A stretch of 64,000 nt of DNA from Octopus vulgaris (lineage: Eukaryota): positions 135,780,001 to 135,844,000 of the forward strand of contig OX597817.1 of assembly GCA_951406725.2 (NCBI GenBank), written 5' to 3'. The position numbers were made by a program, and so were the translations under genes. Under the pieces are notes generated by a model. It was not told the origin of the DNA and searched no databases. It worked only from the letters and a program-made list of their open reading frames with translations. Below are positions 1-15,361 of this stretch, piece after piece. Numbering within the stretch: the first letter of the stretch is position 1; each line of letters starts with the position of its first letter.

Positions 1-970
1 ATAACCTGACCCTTTATATTAATGTGTAGGGACTTGACCATGTAAGCGAATTTTTCCAGGTATCAGAACCATGTGAGTATCCACCTCATGTTCAACCGAT
101 TTCCCGGGTTGAATGTTTTTGTTGAAGGAATGTAATGTTTTATTCTATTCAAAGCATTTCTCTAAAATGTGACAGGGACAGAATACTATCTCTATAATAT
201 TTCTTCCTCATGTGAACCCATCTTGAATTTCGGACAAGACAAACTGCGATTTAACACTCAGCCTTTCAAGCAATATTATAACAGAAGGTTTTGATAGACT
301 TGATTTCAGCCTATGACCTTTTTGCGTATAGGAACGATGTTTGCACATTTTCAGGCTCGATGGGACATCACCAGACTTCTAACATGTTTGGCTCCTTCAT
401 TTTCCACAACTTTTGCTGAAACAAAACTCATCTCTGGTTTCTATCTCAAAACTGATCTGGTTACAATCACCTCCACCTCCAAACTTCTATACGATCATCC
501 CCTGAAGTGCTCTGCTTAGAGTATTGTTGATCCGTTAAACCGATCTGTTGAGCGACTCTGAGTTTCATTTGTCATAGAAGCAACATAATTTCATTGAAAT
601 CAATAGCAGTTTGCGGCTCGATTGTTTTACGATCCCTCTATTCTTGTTTCGTTCTGTATATGTATTATTGCAGTACCTTAGTGATTTCTTTGGATTAAGC
701 AGAGATTGAATGGATGTCAGGAACCTGGAGATATTTCTAAGAAGCATGGTTGTATTACTCTAACAGTCAAGCACGAGACAATCAAGACAATCCTGATGTT
801 TCTTGCTTGGCTTCCAAAACATTCCCTATTTCATTGGCTATGGTACAAAGAAGAGATCATCTTAAAATTATACTCCTGCGTTTTGTTGTTCTTTTTCCAG
901 CTGTTTCAAAGCTTTGTGGACTGGTTAAGGAGGCCAATGGATATTTTGGTTAGGCGTCGTTGCCATACAT
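1..970 (-). mobile_element. Decayed RTE-clade LINE, reverse transcriptase region
   Basis: Minus-strand translation across stops/frameshifts gives KPSKKHQD, SGDVPSS..ANIVPIRKK, VLSEIQDGF..GRNIIEIVF..HILEKCFE and MVKSLH, collinear with RTE ORF motifs. Confidence 0.7.
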
Positions 971-1289
971 AAACCAAATCGCATATAAAGTTTTTAACGT
1001 ATCACATTTATTTGCATAAATACACACAGACTGCGATAAAAATGCACACAGGATCACTGTCTACTCATAAATTACTGCTGAAATAAAACAGTTTAAAAAA
1101 ACCCTAACATTATTCGTAAATGAAACGGTTGATCAGATTACCTTTGGTCGTGATAGATGGGGCGCTTTAGAAAACGCGAGAAAATCGTTCATAAATTCCC
1201 TGGATTATTTGTAACAAATACGAAAAACTTTGACCGAGTCTTTATGAAATTAAAAAATATGATATAATATTTGATTGAAACATTTTCAT

Positions 1290-1500
1290 CAACTGAAATC
1301 CAAATATGTTGGACGGACATGTGGAACGATAACCGCAGGCCATATATGGATCAGAAGAGAAATGGTTGAAGTAATAATAGATCCATCGTAGTTAGCAGGT
1401 AACTTTAAAAAATATAATAAAGACTGCTAGCCGCTAGAAATATCGGAATTGATAAAGAACCTACTTTATTGCTAAAACATATAGCCGGTATCCATGAGAT
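1290..1500 (+). mobile_element. Possible very old RTE C-terminal remnant
   Basis: GHVER*PQAIYG resembles the LRWxGHVxRM..PK..YG motif; highly degenerate. Confidence 0.3.
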
Positions 1501-1700
1501 TGTGACAAGCAGGCACTTAAATAAATCCTGGTAGGCCTTCTATAACGAATAGCTGAAAATCACTTGATAAACGTCAGACTGGAACACAGAGCCATTTGTG
1601 AGCTGATGGCATTTGCAAACACCTAGCGTCAATGGCGCTTGTTTGATTTACGATTAAAATTCCCTAATATAATACTGTGAAATTAATTATAACAAAGCTG

Positions 1701-2068
1701 TGGAGGTGCAGTGGCCCAGCGTTTAGGGGCAGCGAACTCGCGGTTGTGGGATCGCGGTTTCGATTCCCAGACTGGGCGTTGGGAGTGTTTATTGAGCGAA
1801 AACACCTAAAGCTCCACGAGGCTCCGGCGGGGGTCGGTGGTGAACCCTGCTGTATTCTTTCACCACAATCTCCCCTCACTCTTTCTTCCTGTTTCTGCCG
1901 TACCTGTATTTCAAAGGGTCAGCCTTGTCACACACTGTCTCAAGCTGAATCTCTCCGAGAACTACATTAAGACTACACGTGTCTGTGGAGTGCTCAGCCA
2001 CTTGTACGTTAATTTCACGATCGGATCAACTGGATCCCTCGTCGTCGCAACCGACGGAGTGTCACGAT
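1701..2068 (+). mobile_element. tRNA-derived SINE, family A
   Basis: A/B-box-like head (tggcccagcgttt..ggtttcgattcc); near-identical copies at 11777, 47302 and 50406; tail gtcgtcgcaaccgacggagtg. Confidence 0.9.
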
Positions 2069-2300
2069 AATAATGCTAGTGACTGGCAGCAAAATAAAGA
2101 TTTTCTGAATCAGTCGGCAGCTGAAGAAATGCAACATTCCAGTCTCTAGTCTAAATCACTTTTACTGTTGACTTTAGAACCTGGAGGCATCTCTTTCAGC
2201 ATGTGTTACAGTGATGGTGGTAGGATAATAGAACGACTAGGAAGACAACGCAAGTGTCTTACATCCGTTTCTGCATAAACGAACATTGGAGACGTATTGC

Positions 2301-2511
2301 TTTCTTCTCTAGGTACAAGGCCCGAAGGTTTTGGAGAGGGGGCCAGACGATTAGATCGATCCTAGTACACAACCGATGTTTAATTTATCGACCCCGAAAG
2401 GGTGACAAGCAAAGTCGACCTCGGTGAATTTGAACTCAGAACGTAAAGACAGACGAAATGTCGCTAAGCATTTCGCCCGGCGTCCTAACGTTTCTGCCAG
2501 CTCGCTGCCTT
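2301..2511 (-). mobile_element. tRNA-derived SINE, family B, with ~17-bp target-site duplication (TSD)
   Basis: Head ggcagcgagctggcagaaacg, B box gagttcaaattc, body gtcgactttgc..cctttcggggtcgataaa; flanked by aacattg(g/c)agacgtat on both sides. Confidence 0.85.
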
Positions 2512-2781
2512 AACATTGCAGACGTATGAAGCACATGTATACTCTGTGGTCATGAATGACGACCGTCAATGAGTACAGGGGCAGCAACGATACTCCGATA
2601 CTTCTTCTCTCGAACAGAGGGATAAAGTAAGAAAAGTATAAAAGCAAACAATAGAGGGACGAAGTATAAAAACAACAACAACAGCAACAGCTGTCATCAG
2701 CATTTCTTTACACCACTATATATATGTATATTTGTATTTTTTATGTATGCACGCACACGCACACACACACATATTGGCACA

Positions 2782-3719
<938 letters not shown>

Positions 3720-3741
3720 ACACACATACGTATGTGTGATG

Positions 3742-4720
3742 ACAGAGTTCGCCCCATCTTTGAATGTTAAGAGTAAAATAGATAGAAAATTCCTGGCGTT
3801 GATAGATAAGCATTTTCAGAATAGGCATAAATATGAAAAAAACTTTGACATTCAGGGAAACAGCTAAGAAAAACATTATTACGCGTACGTCGCACCAGGA
3901 GCCCACTCAAAATTGTAACGGTAGAGACCCCAAAACTTGACTACTCGACTAGGTATGCATGTTTAGCTCAGTAGTTTACGAAACTGAAGTCACCATAGAG
4001 CTACAAAATAACGAAACCCAAAAGAGAAAGTATATTGGTATATGCGAAAGTGACTTGAAAAATAGATCTGTTAACCACCGGTCTTCTTTATTACACGTAA
4101 ATAAGAAGAAACCACGAATTTAGTTAGCTATACCTGGGACCTTAAGATCAACAGTACACCACACACTATTAAATAGAGTATCATTGAACGATCCAGGCAT
4201 GCGTTAATGGATTACGGAGGTGCAGGTTTTGTATCACCGAAAGATCTCAAATCACTCTTAGATCTAAAAGCTCTAGCAACCTACTGAATTCTAGATCCGA
4301 GACTTTTACTAAATGTAAGTACCTGAGCAAGTTTCTATAATTGAACACTTTCTTCACAGTAAGTGTGCAGTCCTACAAATATTAACCTTTCCCCGTTGAA
4401 TTAATTACCCTAGCCATTTTAATACCCATTCTAACGGGCTAAAATAATGCAATTTATATATACTATCCTTCCGTGTTTCTTTTACCCTTTTTCTTATTCC
4501 GATTTTTCTTTTACTTTTTGTCTCTCGTTTTTGTTTTTCCAAAGTGCAGCCATGTTGTATTTTAAGTCTGAATAGTTGCCTGAAAATACATGGCATGATA
4601 TAAAAGCTTGTTTAAACAATGTACTTTCAGAGGCATGAAACTAACAGTAGCTCGCATTTAAATCCTATGTGTTGAATATTTACCTCTAGTTTAACAATTT
4701 TTTTTGTTAATAACAGAACA
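3742..4720 (+). mobile_element. Decayed Penelope-like element (GIY-YIG region + pLTR)
   Basis: NVKSKIDRKFLALIDKHF, SSVVYETEV, KRKYIGICESDLKNRSVNHRSS; degenerate HHR-like motif ctgaatag..gaaac..gta at ~4565-4642; microsatellites at both ends. Confidence 0.8.
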
Positions 4721-4723
4721 GTA

Positions 4724-4782
<59 letters not shown>

Positions 4783-4966
4783 TTAGAAAAAAAAACACCT
4801 TTAATCAATTCAATAATGAAAAATTAGATTATACCATCTAGAAAATTACATATTATAGAAAGATTAAATATAAGATAAAACATATAACAATGATGAAGTA
4901 ATGTGCAAAATAATAAATACAACGTATATATTTCGTAGAATAACGACACGTGTGTATATATATATG

Positions 4967-5032
<66 letters not shown>

Positions 5033-5243
5033 TGTGTGTGTATATGTATGTATGTGCATGCATATACACGCACTGACACTAACATATGTAAACATAACTG
5101 GACACACCGGTTGACTTTGCTAAAAAGAACCAAGGGATCGTGGTCTCACACATGTACATGTACGTACGCGTGCGCAAGCACACACACACACACATATATA
5201 TACACACACACACTCACACATTTACACACACATATATTCATAC

Positions 5244-5285
<42 letters not shown>

Positions 5286-5404
5286 GAAGATTGTCCACTC
5301 GCTAGACTATGACCATCACCGACAAATTCTTATTTCTGTTTCTTTTCAGTGACCATGGGGCCTAAAATGGCTTTTAAAGCCAGCGAGTTGCATTTTAATA
5401 CAGG

Positions 5405-6025
<621 letters not shown>

Positions 6026-6167
6026 TTAGTTCTTTGTAATTTAGAGATATGTGTAAACCGGATGTAGAGAATGTATTTTTCTTATGATGTAACAGTTGTA
6101 CTTATATACATACATGGGGGATACGTATATGCTTGAATACATACATATGAGCATACACCCAGGCACA

Positions 6168-6213
<46 letters not shown>

Positions 6214-6230
6214 CATATATACATACATAT

Positions 6231-6275
<45 letters not shown>

Positions 6276-6395
6276 TGCATACATCATACATACATACATA
6301 TATATATGACGTGTGTCATTCAGTCAAAGAGAGTTTGAATGCGAAATATATATGTAGATCACATTTGCAGAAAAATATACACTATGTATATATTT

Positions 6396-6442
<47 letters not shown>

Positions 6443-6825
6443 CGCATATATATATATAGGTACATATATATACACACACTCAAATATATATGTACGTATA
6501 TATATACAGTCACACTTACATACATACTCACATATACATATGTGTATACTCACAAATGTTTATTCTTAAACAAAAATGTTGTTGTTATCAATGACTGTCT
6601 TGTTCAAGAATAAATCGGTACTCTTATTAAGTATAGAGTAACTCCTTAAATTAACTTAAAATTGCTTTTTTTATAAATAAATAAAAACACACACATACAC
6701 ACACATACATATGCACACACATATATGTTTGTGCGTATGAGTTTATTATTCTTAAACAAGAGTATTATTGACAGTGACTTCGACGTTTCGGGCAGTTAAG
6801 CCATCGTCGTGTATCCATTTGTCAT

Positions 6826-9258
6826 TTGATTGATTGATTGATTGATTCTAGTTTCAGCTCATGAGCTGTGGCCATGCTGGGGCACCGCCATTTGGTGTTG
6901 TTACATGGTTTTACTTCACGAATGCTTTTTAGCAACTGCCATTTGGTGCATGAGAGAGTTCGATGCAGCTGCCCTCATCTGCACCTCCTACGTGAAGTTG
7001 GTTCATCTGGGATACCTGACAGGAAGAGTTCCAGTTTCATTTTAAAGACATCTGCATCCACCCCATGCAGGTCTCTTAGGTTCTTCGGGAGGATATTGAA
7101 GAGCTGTGGGCCTCGGAAGCCCAGGCTATCACAGTATCCTGTCCTACATCTTGATGGCAAACTTGGAGTCCTAGGCACCACGCAGTGGCGCCCAGTTCTG
7201 GCATTTGTGTAACTCTCGATGCCAAAGTTTGGGACAAGTCCCTCCAGGATCTTCCAGATGTATATTATGGCATATCTTTCTCACCTACGCTCCAAGGAAT
7301 AGAGTTTTAATCTCTTGAGTCTTTCCCAGTAGCTTATATTCTGCATAGAGGCTATCTTCTTCGTGTAGCTACGTTGGATCGGCTCAAGTTCTGTGATCAA
7401 CTTGACACTGGATGGTGACCATAGCTGAGAGCAATAGTCAAAGTGGCTTAGGACATGTGTCCTCCAGAGGACCATCATGGTTTCTTGTTCTCTTGTTCTA
7501 AAGGTTCTGAGAATCCATCCGGCCAGTCGTCTACATTTCATTGCCAATTTAGCAACATGTACACGAAAGGTTGCGTCATCACTCATGTAAATACCCAGGT
7601 CACGCACTGATTGTGCCTCTGGGATTGCAATTCCTCCGGGTCCAGTGTATTCATTGGGTATTGCATTTAGTTTTGCTTTTAGTATAAAGCTTGAAACTTT
7701 TCAGCATTGAACTGCATGCTATTCTTTTCAGCCCACTTGTATATTTTGTCCAGCTCACATCGCAGGCGTTTAGTGTCCTCAGGGTTCTGTATTGCCTGTG
7801 AAACGTTTGTATCATCTGCATAACTTGTGATCGTGGCTCTCTGCGTGGCTGAGGGCATGTCTGAGAGGGCCATTATGAACAGTAGTGGTCCCAAAACAGT
7901 GCCCTGCGGAACACCGCTCACTATTTGCGTGTTAATGGAAGTGGCCCCATTGGCTACTACCACCTGACTTCTATCTTTCAGAAAGTCATGAAGCCATTCT
8001 CCCAGTTTTCCAACTATGCTGAGATCACGCAGTTTGTGACATATCATTCCATGATCGACTTTATCAAAGGCCTTTGCAAAGTCGAGATATATCACTTCCA
8101 CATTTGAGTGGTTGAGCAGTCGTTTCAGCACCCAGTCATAGTGTTGTAGGAGCCGAGTTAAGCAGCTTCTCCCTGGTCGGAAACCATGTTGGGTGTCAGG
8201 CAGCAAGTCATTTTCTTCAAGGAAGGTGATCAGTTTCCTTCTGACTATTCGTTCCATGACCTTACTGATGTGTGAGGTCAGAGAGATAGGTCTGTAGTTC
8301 TTGGCCTCCGCTCTGCTACCTCCTTTATGAATAGGGCATATTTTACCTTCCTTCAGTTTTCTTGGAAGTTTGCCAGCTGCAAGGAAGCTCTGAAAGAGGA
8401 ACTGCAGTGGTCTTGCTAGGACTCTCTTACATACTTTTAGAAGGATTACCGGGAATCCATCGGGGCCAGTAGCTGATTCTGTTTTCATTTCATCTATAGC
8501 CTTTATTACATCGTCTTCCTTTATATCGATGTAATTTATCGTCGCCGCCTCTGATTTTATATCTGCAGTGGTAAAGAAGTCAGTTGGATTGGTGATTTGG
8601 AAATGCCCAAGGGGTGGAGTGAAAACACTCTTGAATTGCTCATTCAGTATTTCACTTACCCTCATTGGTTTTCCTGTGAGTGTGCCATCCTTTTCAAGGA
8701 GTGGCCCTATCCTACAGTGCACCGTAGCTGTTTCTTTGGCATACCTGTAGAAAGCTCTGGGGTTAGATTTTATGTTGTCTATAGCCCAGGCTTCTTTGTC
8801 TGCTCTTTCCTTTTCATGGGAGAGTTGCAGACATTTTTCAATTTTCAACAGTTTTATTTTCAGGCGGGACTTTTCACTGCTTTCAATTTGTTTGTTTAGG
8901 CGATTTGAAATTTTTGTACGCCGTCTCATTAAAATTTTCCTCTCTCTGGGGATTTTGTTCTTGTGTACAGTGGCCTTTCTCTCTGGGACACATTTGTAGC
9001 ATATGGCTTGCATTACAGACATGAATTGTTGAAGTTTCACGTCGATGTCTGGCGAGGAGAGACATTCAGGCCAGTTTTGTTTGAGGATCTCTTTCTCAAT
9101 TTGTTTCCAGTTTGCCTTATGGAAGTTCAAGCTGGAAAGATTCTGAGGGTTTCTTGTAGGCTGCATGTCCATGCTTTCCTTTGGCCCGTACATGGTCAGC
9201 TCTACCATGTTGTGATCCGAGAGTAGTGTCGGTGTCATTTGTACACATAATTTCTGCG
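6826..9258 (-). mobile_element. 5'-truncated CR1/L2-group LINE (RT and C-terminus) with (AATC)n tail
   Basis: 529-aa ORF 7679-9268 with NYRPISLTS, QHGFRPGRSC, YLDFAKAFDKV, SGVPQGTVLGP, YADD; frameshifted continuation 7281-7607 (YCSQLWSP, LYSLERR). Confidence 0.95.
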
Positions 9259-9267
9259 ACGTACACA

Positions 9268-9464
<197 letters not shown>

Positions 9465-9486
9465 ATTCTTTTTTTTATTCTTCTAA

Positions 9487-9735
9487 CCTGGAGCATCGCC
9501 TTGAAGGGTTTTAGTTAAAATCCATCCCTGGCTCCCAAACAAATCGACCCTAGGACTTTTTTTAAGCTAGTACTCATTTTATCGGTCTCTTTTGCCGAAT
9601 AGATAAGTTACGGGGACGTAAACACACCAACAACAGTTGTCAAGCGATGATGATATATACGACAGGCTTCTTTCAGTTTCCGTCTACCATCTCTACTCAC
9701 AAGGCTTTGGTCGGCCCGACGCTATATGTAGAAAT
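9487..9735 (-). mobile_element. SINE family C, partial
   Basis: Shares ctggagcaYcgccttgaagg and gtaaacacacca with 13068-13330, and ttctttcag..tactcacaaggc with 26015-26175. Confidence 0.75.
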
Positions 9736-9869
9736 AGTTATAGAGCTGGAAGTAGAAGACAGAACAAAGCCCTATACACCAAGAAAACTTAGGATTAATC
9801 TTATTGATAATGAAAGTAATTTTCACAGCGATGCAGCATTGGTTCAAATGACTGGAAAATAAAAATAGT

Positions 9870-11690
9870 AGTAAGTTTATACAAATTGATATCTCAAGTC
9901 ATTATTTTTCAATTAATCGAACATCATTAAACAAGGCCCCTGTTTTCGTCAAACGCAATTAGTTTATCAAGACATGAGACAGATATACTAGCTGCTCGTG
10001 GTAAAATAATAGATTACGATGAGAAGCCTTGAACGGGATTGGATCAAATGACTCGGCACATGTCACTGATCTCGTTGAATTTTACATTCTTTTCCAGATG
10101 GAATCCTAGCATCTTAGGTTAGGGTGAAGTTTATATAGAGACGATTGTAGTAAAGTTTATGTAGGGCACGATTGTAGTAAAGTAGAACCGAAGCGATGTA
10201 GGAAAGGATTGTTGAAATTCTGTACAAAGTTTGGACTGTCTATAACAATTAAAATAATTGTAAAGTTGTGAATTTTCTAGATGTAACACTCAATTTAAAC
10301 ACTGGCCTGAACCGTACGAACCATTCCCCAAACCCAATGAAAATCTAAAGTATGTCAATAAAAATCCAATCATCCACACTCAGTTATAAACAGTATAATG
10401 AGAAGTGTGTCAAATAGAATTTCCAGGCCTTCTGCGAGTGACACATTATGTAATTCACACATCAGAGTATTACAATGCAGCATTAACCAGTGCAGGATAT
10501 AATAAAAAATATTATATATCCACTCGGCAATAGTACAGTTAATCAATATAAAAATGAAGAATAATGACCCCCCCCCCAAAAAAAAACAAACAAAAACGTA
10601 TAGATGTAAGTATAATAGCTAACGTAAAGTGAATGCAGATCTAAGGGTTAACATAACGGAAAGAACTAAACTTAAAATTAGAGTTTAATAGAGGACTAAA
10701 AATAAATGCAAATAGAAATAAAGATCGGAAGAAGGTTGATAGCAATAGCAATAAAAAATTTAGCTTACTTAATTTCCAATTTCCATAACTCTACCAAGAA
10801 CGATAACAATTACATTAAACCTAATAAGTCTAATAAAGTTAGATACATTAGCATTTTCTGGTTTAATCCAGTGTTCGGTTTACATGTGTCATCTAAAATT
10901 GCTAGAGAATTTCCCCCCGTATTAGATATTTCCACAAATATAGTAGATACTATAAGGTTTTTAACGGGCATTTGGTGAAACTGTCCTATGCAATGTTGAA
11001 TGCCATATTCATAAACTCATGAATAGGAAGCTGAATCTAGCAATCACTAATTTTAAAAACATCATCGTAAATAGCGTAGGTCCAATAAATAGTAGCCATA
11101 GTAGCCGGGAGCATAATCATAGAAAGAAGAATATCAACTTTAACATAGTAGCAACGGGAATCTTGTAAGCAATAGTAATAGTAACATTGAGAATAACAGA
11201 AACGAGAACAATGAATATAAAATATTAAAAACAACAACAATAATGTCACTAAGAAGAATGATATAAAAATGAATACAAACGACAACCTGGTTGCAAATAG
11301 TGGAATGCAATTGTAGAGATAAGAAAGCATGTAGAAACAATGTATACAAATGTACTGTAATAACAAGTGCACATGTATATGCTTAGATAAGTTCAACGAA
11401 CGACAGCTTCAAGAACCGCTGGAAGAACCATACAACATCAATAAGCAACAGTTGCAAAGGACAACACACATCACTTGCTGACCTCAAACAGAAAAGATAC
11501 AATACAGTAAGACTTGATCAGTGGTACGAAATGCGCATCTATATAATGCATGCACAAAAGTGTGTAACCTTTTCCTGGAAGAAACACAAGACATAATATT
11601 ATGCAATGATAGCCTCATCAACAAGCACTCTAAAATTGTTCTAATATGCAATCATAGACTTAAAAGTTCCTTTCCAGAATTTGTTAAAAA
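9870..11690 (+). mobile_element. Decayed Penelope-like element (RT, linker, GIY-YIG region)
   Basis: FIQIDIS, DLVEFYIL, LYRDDC, VVNFLDVTLNLNTG, IFWFNPVFG, CNCRDKK, FKNRWKNH, KVCNLFLEE..LINKHS..CNH in the expected order. Confidence 0.85.
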
Positions 11691-11776
11691 ATGTGATATT
11701 TAATATTATATTAATCCTTTATCTCATAAAGAATGTAATTATAGTTTCTTTTTCATTGTCATTACTCGTATGTTTA

Positions 11777-12154
11777 GTCGTGGCACTCCGTCGACAACGG
11801 GAGTTCCAGTTGATCCGATCAACGGAACAGCTTGCTCGTGAAATTAACGTGCAAGTGGCTGAGCATTCCACAGATACGCGTACCCTTAATGTAGTTCTTG
11901 GGGAGATTCAGCGTGAGACAGAGTGTGACAAGGCTGGCCATTTGAAATACAGGTACAATAGAAATAGGAAGGAAGAGTGAGAGAAAGTTGTGGTGAAAGT
12001 GTACAGCGGGGTTCGCTACCACCCCTTACCGGAACCTCGTGGAGCTTTAGGTGTTTTCACTCAATAAACACTCACAACGCCCGGTCTGGGAATCGAAACC
12101 ACGATCCTACGACCCCGAGTCCGCTGCCCTAACCACTGGGCCATTGCGCCTCTA
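11777..12154 (-). mobile_element. SINE family A
   Basis: Reverse-complement match to 1701-2068. Confidence 0.9.
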
Positions 12155-12167
12155 CAGTTTCTTGGTG

Positions 12168-12209
<42 letters not shown>

Positions 12210-12323
12210 ACTAATTTAAAAGGGAAGCCACTTTAGGATAAGTCTGTTTACCATGGCGTAAGGATATACACGTGTGTGTGTTTGTGTGTTATGTCTGTAT
12301 ATATGTACATATACATTTATACA

Positions 12324-12364
<41 letters not shown>

Positions 12365-13067
12365 GCATGTATGCACCATGTAAATGAATATGTATATATG
12401 TATAAGGATGCGTGCGCGTAAGTCTTCATGGTTTAATAGCCTCTCTTAATGAGTGGTAAAGCAACTGTAACGAGACTTAATGACAGCCTAAATTAAGTTT
12501 ATAAACAGACAAATCTAAGTATGCAAGCAGATAAGTTTGGCATCCCACAGCGATAACGAACTGACCACACGCCAACGACTTCCTTTGAAGTAGAATGCTA
12601 GCAGATACAAGAGATAAGGAATTCTTCCAGTTAATATACGTACGATATTATAATGTTAGGGTGTTCGTCTATCTTCAGAAAAGTCGAAACAAGAATGAAG
12701 TGAATGAGCAGTGTGTTTATTTTACATTTTTGATTTGATATTTCCATTAATTGTTTTTTGTTTTGGCATTTTCTCTAATTTAAATCTTTTAGTATTTCTC
12801 TGTTGCTCTTTGTCAATGGAAAGCTACAAATAGCATAAGGGTATAAAACAAGGAGTAACTAAAGATGATCCAGCAGTGCTCTCGACCTTACTCACCTGAA
12901 GACGGGCAGGTATACAGCTTTTGTTGGATCATATTAATGCAATAATGTGTATATATGAAACAGCAATAATCAGCTGACACTTATGCAAGGAAACAATTGG
13001 AGTGATTTGGAATACAACCTGCTCATCCCACCTTATATGAACATTCTTTTGTGTATATATCCTTTAT

Positions 13068-13233
13068 CTTATCTTTTATTTGCTTTGGTCATGCTGGAGC
13101 ACCGCCTTGAAGGATTTTAGTCGAACTTGCTAGAGTCTGATTTTTATTCTATCGTCTCCTTCGCTGAACCGGTAAGTCACGTAGTCGTAAACACACCAGC
13201 ATCGGTTGTGAAGCTCTAGTGGGGGACAAAGCA

Positions 13234-13329
<96 letters not shown>

Positions 13330-13330
13330 A
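13068..13330 (-). mobile_element. SINE family C, 3' part with internal (CA)n
   Basis: catgctggagcaccgccttgaagg..gtaaacacaccagcatcggttgt. Confidence 0.75.
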
Positions 13331-13579
13331 TTCAATAAACTTTGGAAATGTTTCGCTGAGACTATGAGAGCGACGTTTAGATTATATTGGAGTTAGCAAA
13401 TGTTATAAGCATGCGAGAGCCTGAAACGCAAAAAACCCTTTCTTTCCTTCCCTGAGCGACTTAGTAATATTTTGCATGTACCACGTCCTCGCTTTGTTGT
13501 TTTTCCTTGTTGTCTATTTTCTCCGTTTTTTTTTATTCATGTTATATATACTTTATTATTAATATCAGAAAAAAATGCT

Positions 13580-15250
13580 ACTCATGGTTCGAAGATCGTC
13601 TTCTTGTTTGATCGAGAAATGTAAGATTGTTTGTCATGTTCTTGTTTAGCATTAAATCCAGCAAGTTCCTTTCTGAACTGAATTAGGATCTCTCTTCTTT
13701 TATCCTTGAAACTTTGCAAGTGAAGCTGTTTAGCAACAACGAAGGCATTCATTGCACTTATATCAATCGTGTAGAATATAACCATTGGCCATCTTCGAGT
13801 CATTCTTTTGCATGTGTATGTCCTTACCATCTTATCTAGGGTATCTACTCTTCCTTTTGTTTTGTTGTAACAAGTTTCTTTTCAACACTTTTTAAAACAA
13901 TTGAACGTTGAGAGTGCATTGTACTCATAAGTGTGACAACATAATTTTTCTTGAGACAATAAGATAGGATGATAGAATCCTTTTGAAATCCAAATATTCT
14001 GCTGTTGATTTCTCTTTCTTTCCCATTTATGAAAGCACTTGGAAGTTCAACTCTGTTCTTTCTAATTGTTCCAACTAAAACAGTTTTCTTGCTAAGCAGC
14101 TTTCGAGTCAATCCTAGACTTGTAAAAAAAATTATCATAAGTTATATTGCGACCAGTATTTTCAAGTCCTTTTACTGGGTCTTCAACAACTCTTGAACCT
14201 TGGTTTGTCTCTCTCCCTTTTCCTCGGTCTTTTCCAGTGTAGATTTGCATTTTTCAGACATAAGATGTTTCACTGTTGCATATCGCCCAAATTTTAATTC
14301 GATATTTCCCTGGTTTTGAAGGAATATATACCTAGGATGGGCAGCGCCCTCTGAATGAAGCAATTGTTCATCAACTGTCATGCATAAACATGGAACCTAT
14401 CCATCTTGCAAATTCTGATTCTACATTTCAAATACTTCTCTTATGGGCTCCAATTTGTCATCACTTCTCTTTTTTCTTCTTGCACTAGCATCATCAAAGC
14501 GCAATACTTGTAAAATCTGTTGAAATCTTCTCCGGCTCATAATTTTGTTGAATATTGGGCGGCCATCTTCTTGACTCCATAACTGTGTGACATTTTCATG
14601 TTTAGATTTATAATCAGTCCAATAAATTTCTTTAGTTCAGAGTGATCAATTTCTTTCCATTTATCTTTGTAAACAACCTGACCTTCAACATTTGTCCATT
14701 TACGAATTACTTCAAGAAGATTCTGGTACATAAAGTTAGTAAAACATGTGTCAGTGGTACCTCAAGGCCTCTTAGCAAAACGGAATGGTCCACATTCTTG
14801 GTGCACAATATTGCAAGATGAAGTTCTTACTGATCGTCAGAGCTATAGAAGGAACCACTACTATCTTCTTCCCGTTCTTCATCTAATTCCAATAACCTTT
14901 TCGATATTTGGTCTTCACTCAAGTTTTCATGTCAAGGCATATTGGAAAGCACAATTGAACTATATGAAACTTGATAGCAGACTAAAGGCAGATATTACTC
15001 TCTCACATATTTATACTCACCTGAAAGATGATGCAATATATTGTAAGAATTGCATAATCACATAAAAATATTGCACCACCCTATAACCTAGCAGATTGAA
15101 GGTGATGCAATACAATTTTATTTATTTTATGTCTGATAAATATTTATGAAAATAATATTTGGTACTGCTTTTATTCTGTTTAGAATGACAAGAGTATTGT
15201 CTGAATTTATTTCGAGGGTCCAATGGACCCATACGGTAATTGCAAGAGTC
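13580..15250 (-). mobile_element. Decayed piggyBac transposon
   Basis: Fragments MTVDEQL, FFTSLGL..LLSKKTVLVGTIRKNR, VTLMSTMH, YTCKRMTRRWPMVIFY..ISAMNAF; terminal-like gggtccaatggaccc at ~15215-15230. Confidence 0.9.
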
Positions 15251-15361
15251 ATATCTTGCAGGGGTCATATCTTGCAGAGGTCTTATCTTGCAGAGGTCTT
15301 ATCTTGCAGGAGTCATATCTTGCAGGGTCATCTCTTGTAGGAGTCATATCTTGCAGGGGTC
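15241..15361. repeat. 16-bp minisatellite, ~7 copies (gtcatatcttgcaggg)
   Basis: Seen directly at the piggyBac end. Confidence 0.9.

Noticed and set aside
1701-1780. tRNA genes at SINE heads
   Set aside because: A/B boxes run straight into SINE bodies; no complete cloverleaf found.
6852-6872. cagctcatgagctgaaac and ggtcgaaac (17921-17945) as hammerheads
   Set aside because: Hairpin plus GAAAC is present but there is no upstream CUGANGA box or stem I; better explained as LINE 3' stem-loops.
15241-15361. CRISPR-like array (also the 166-bp repeats at 55487-55953)
   Set aside because: No unique spacers, no cas genes, eukaryotic context.
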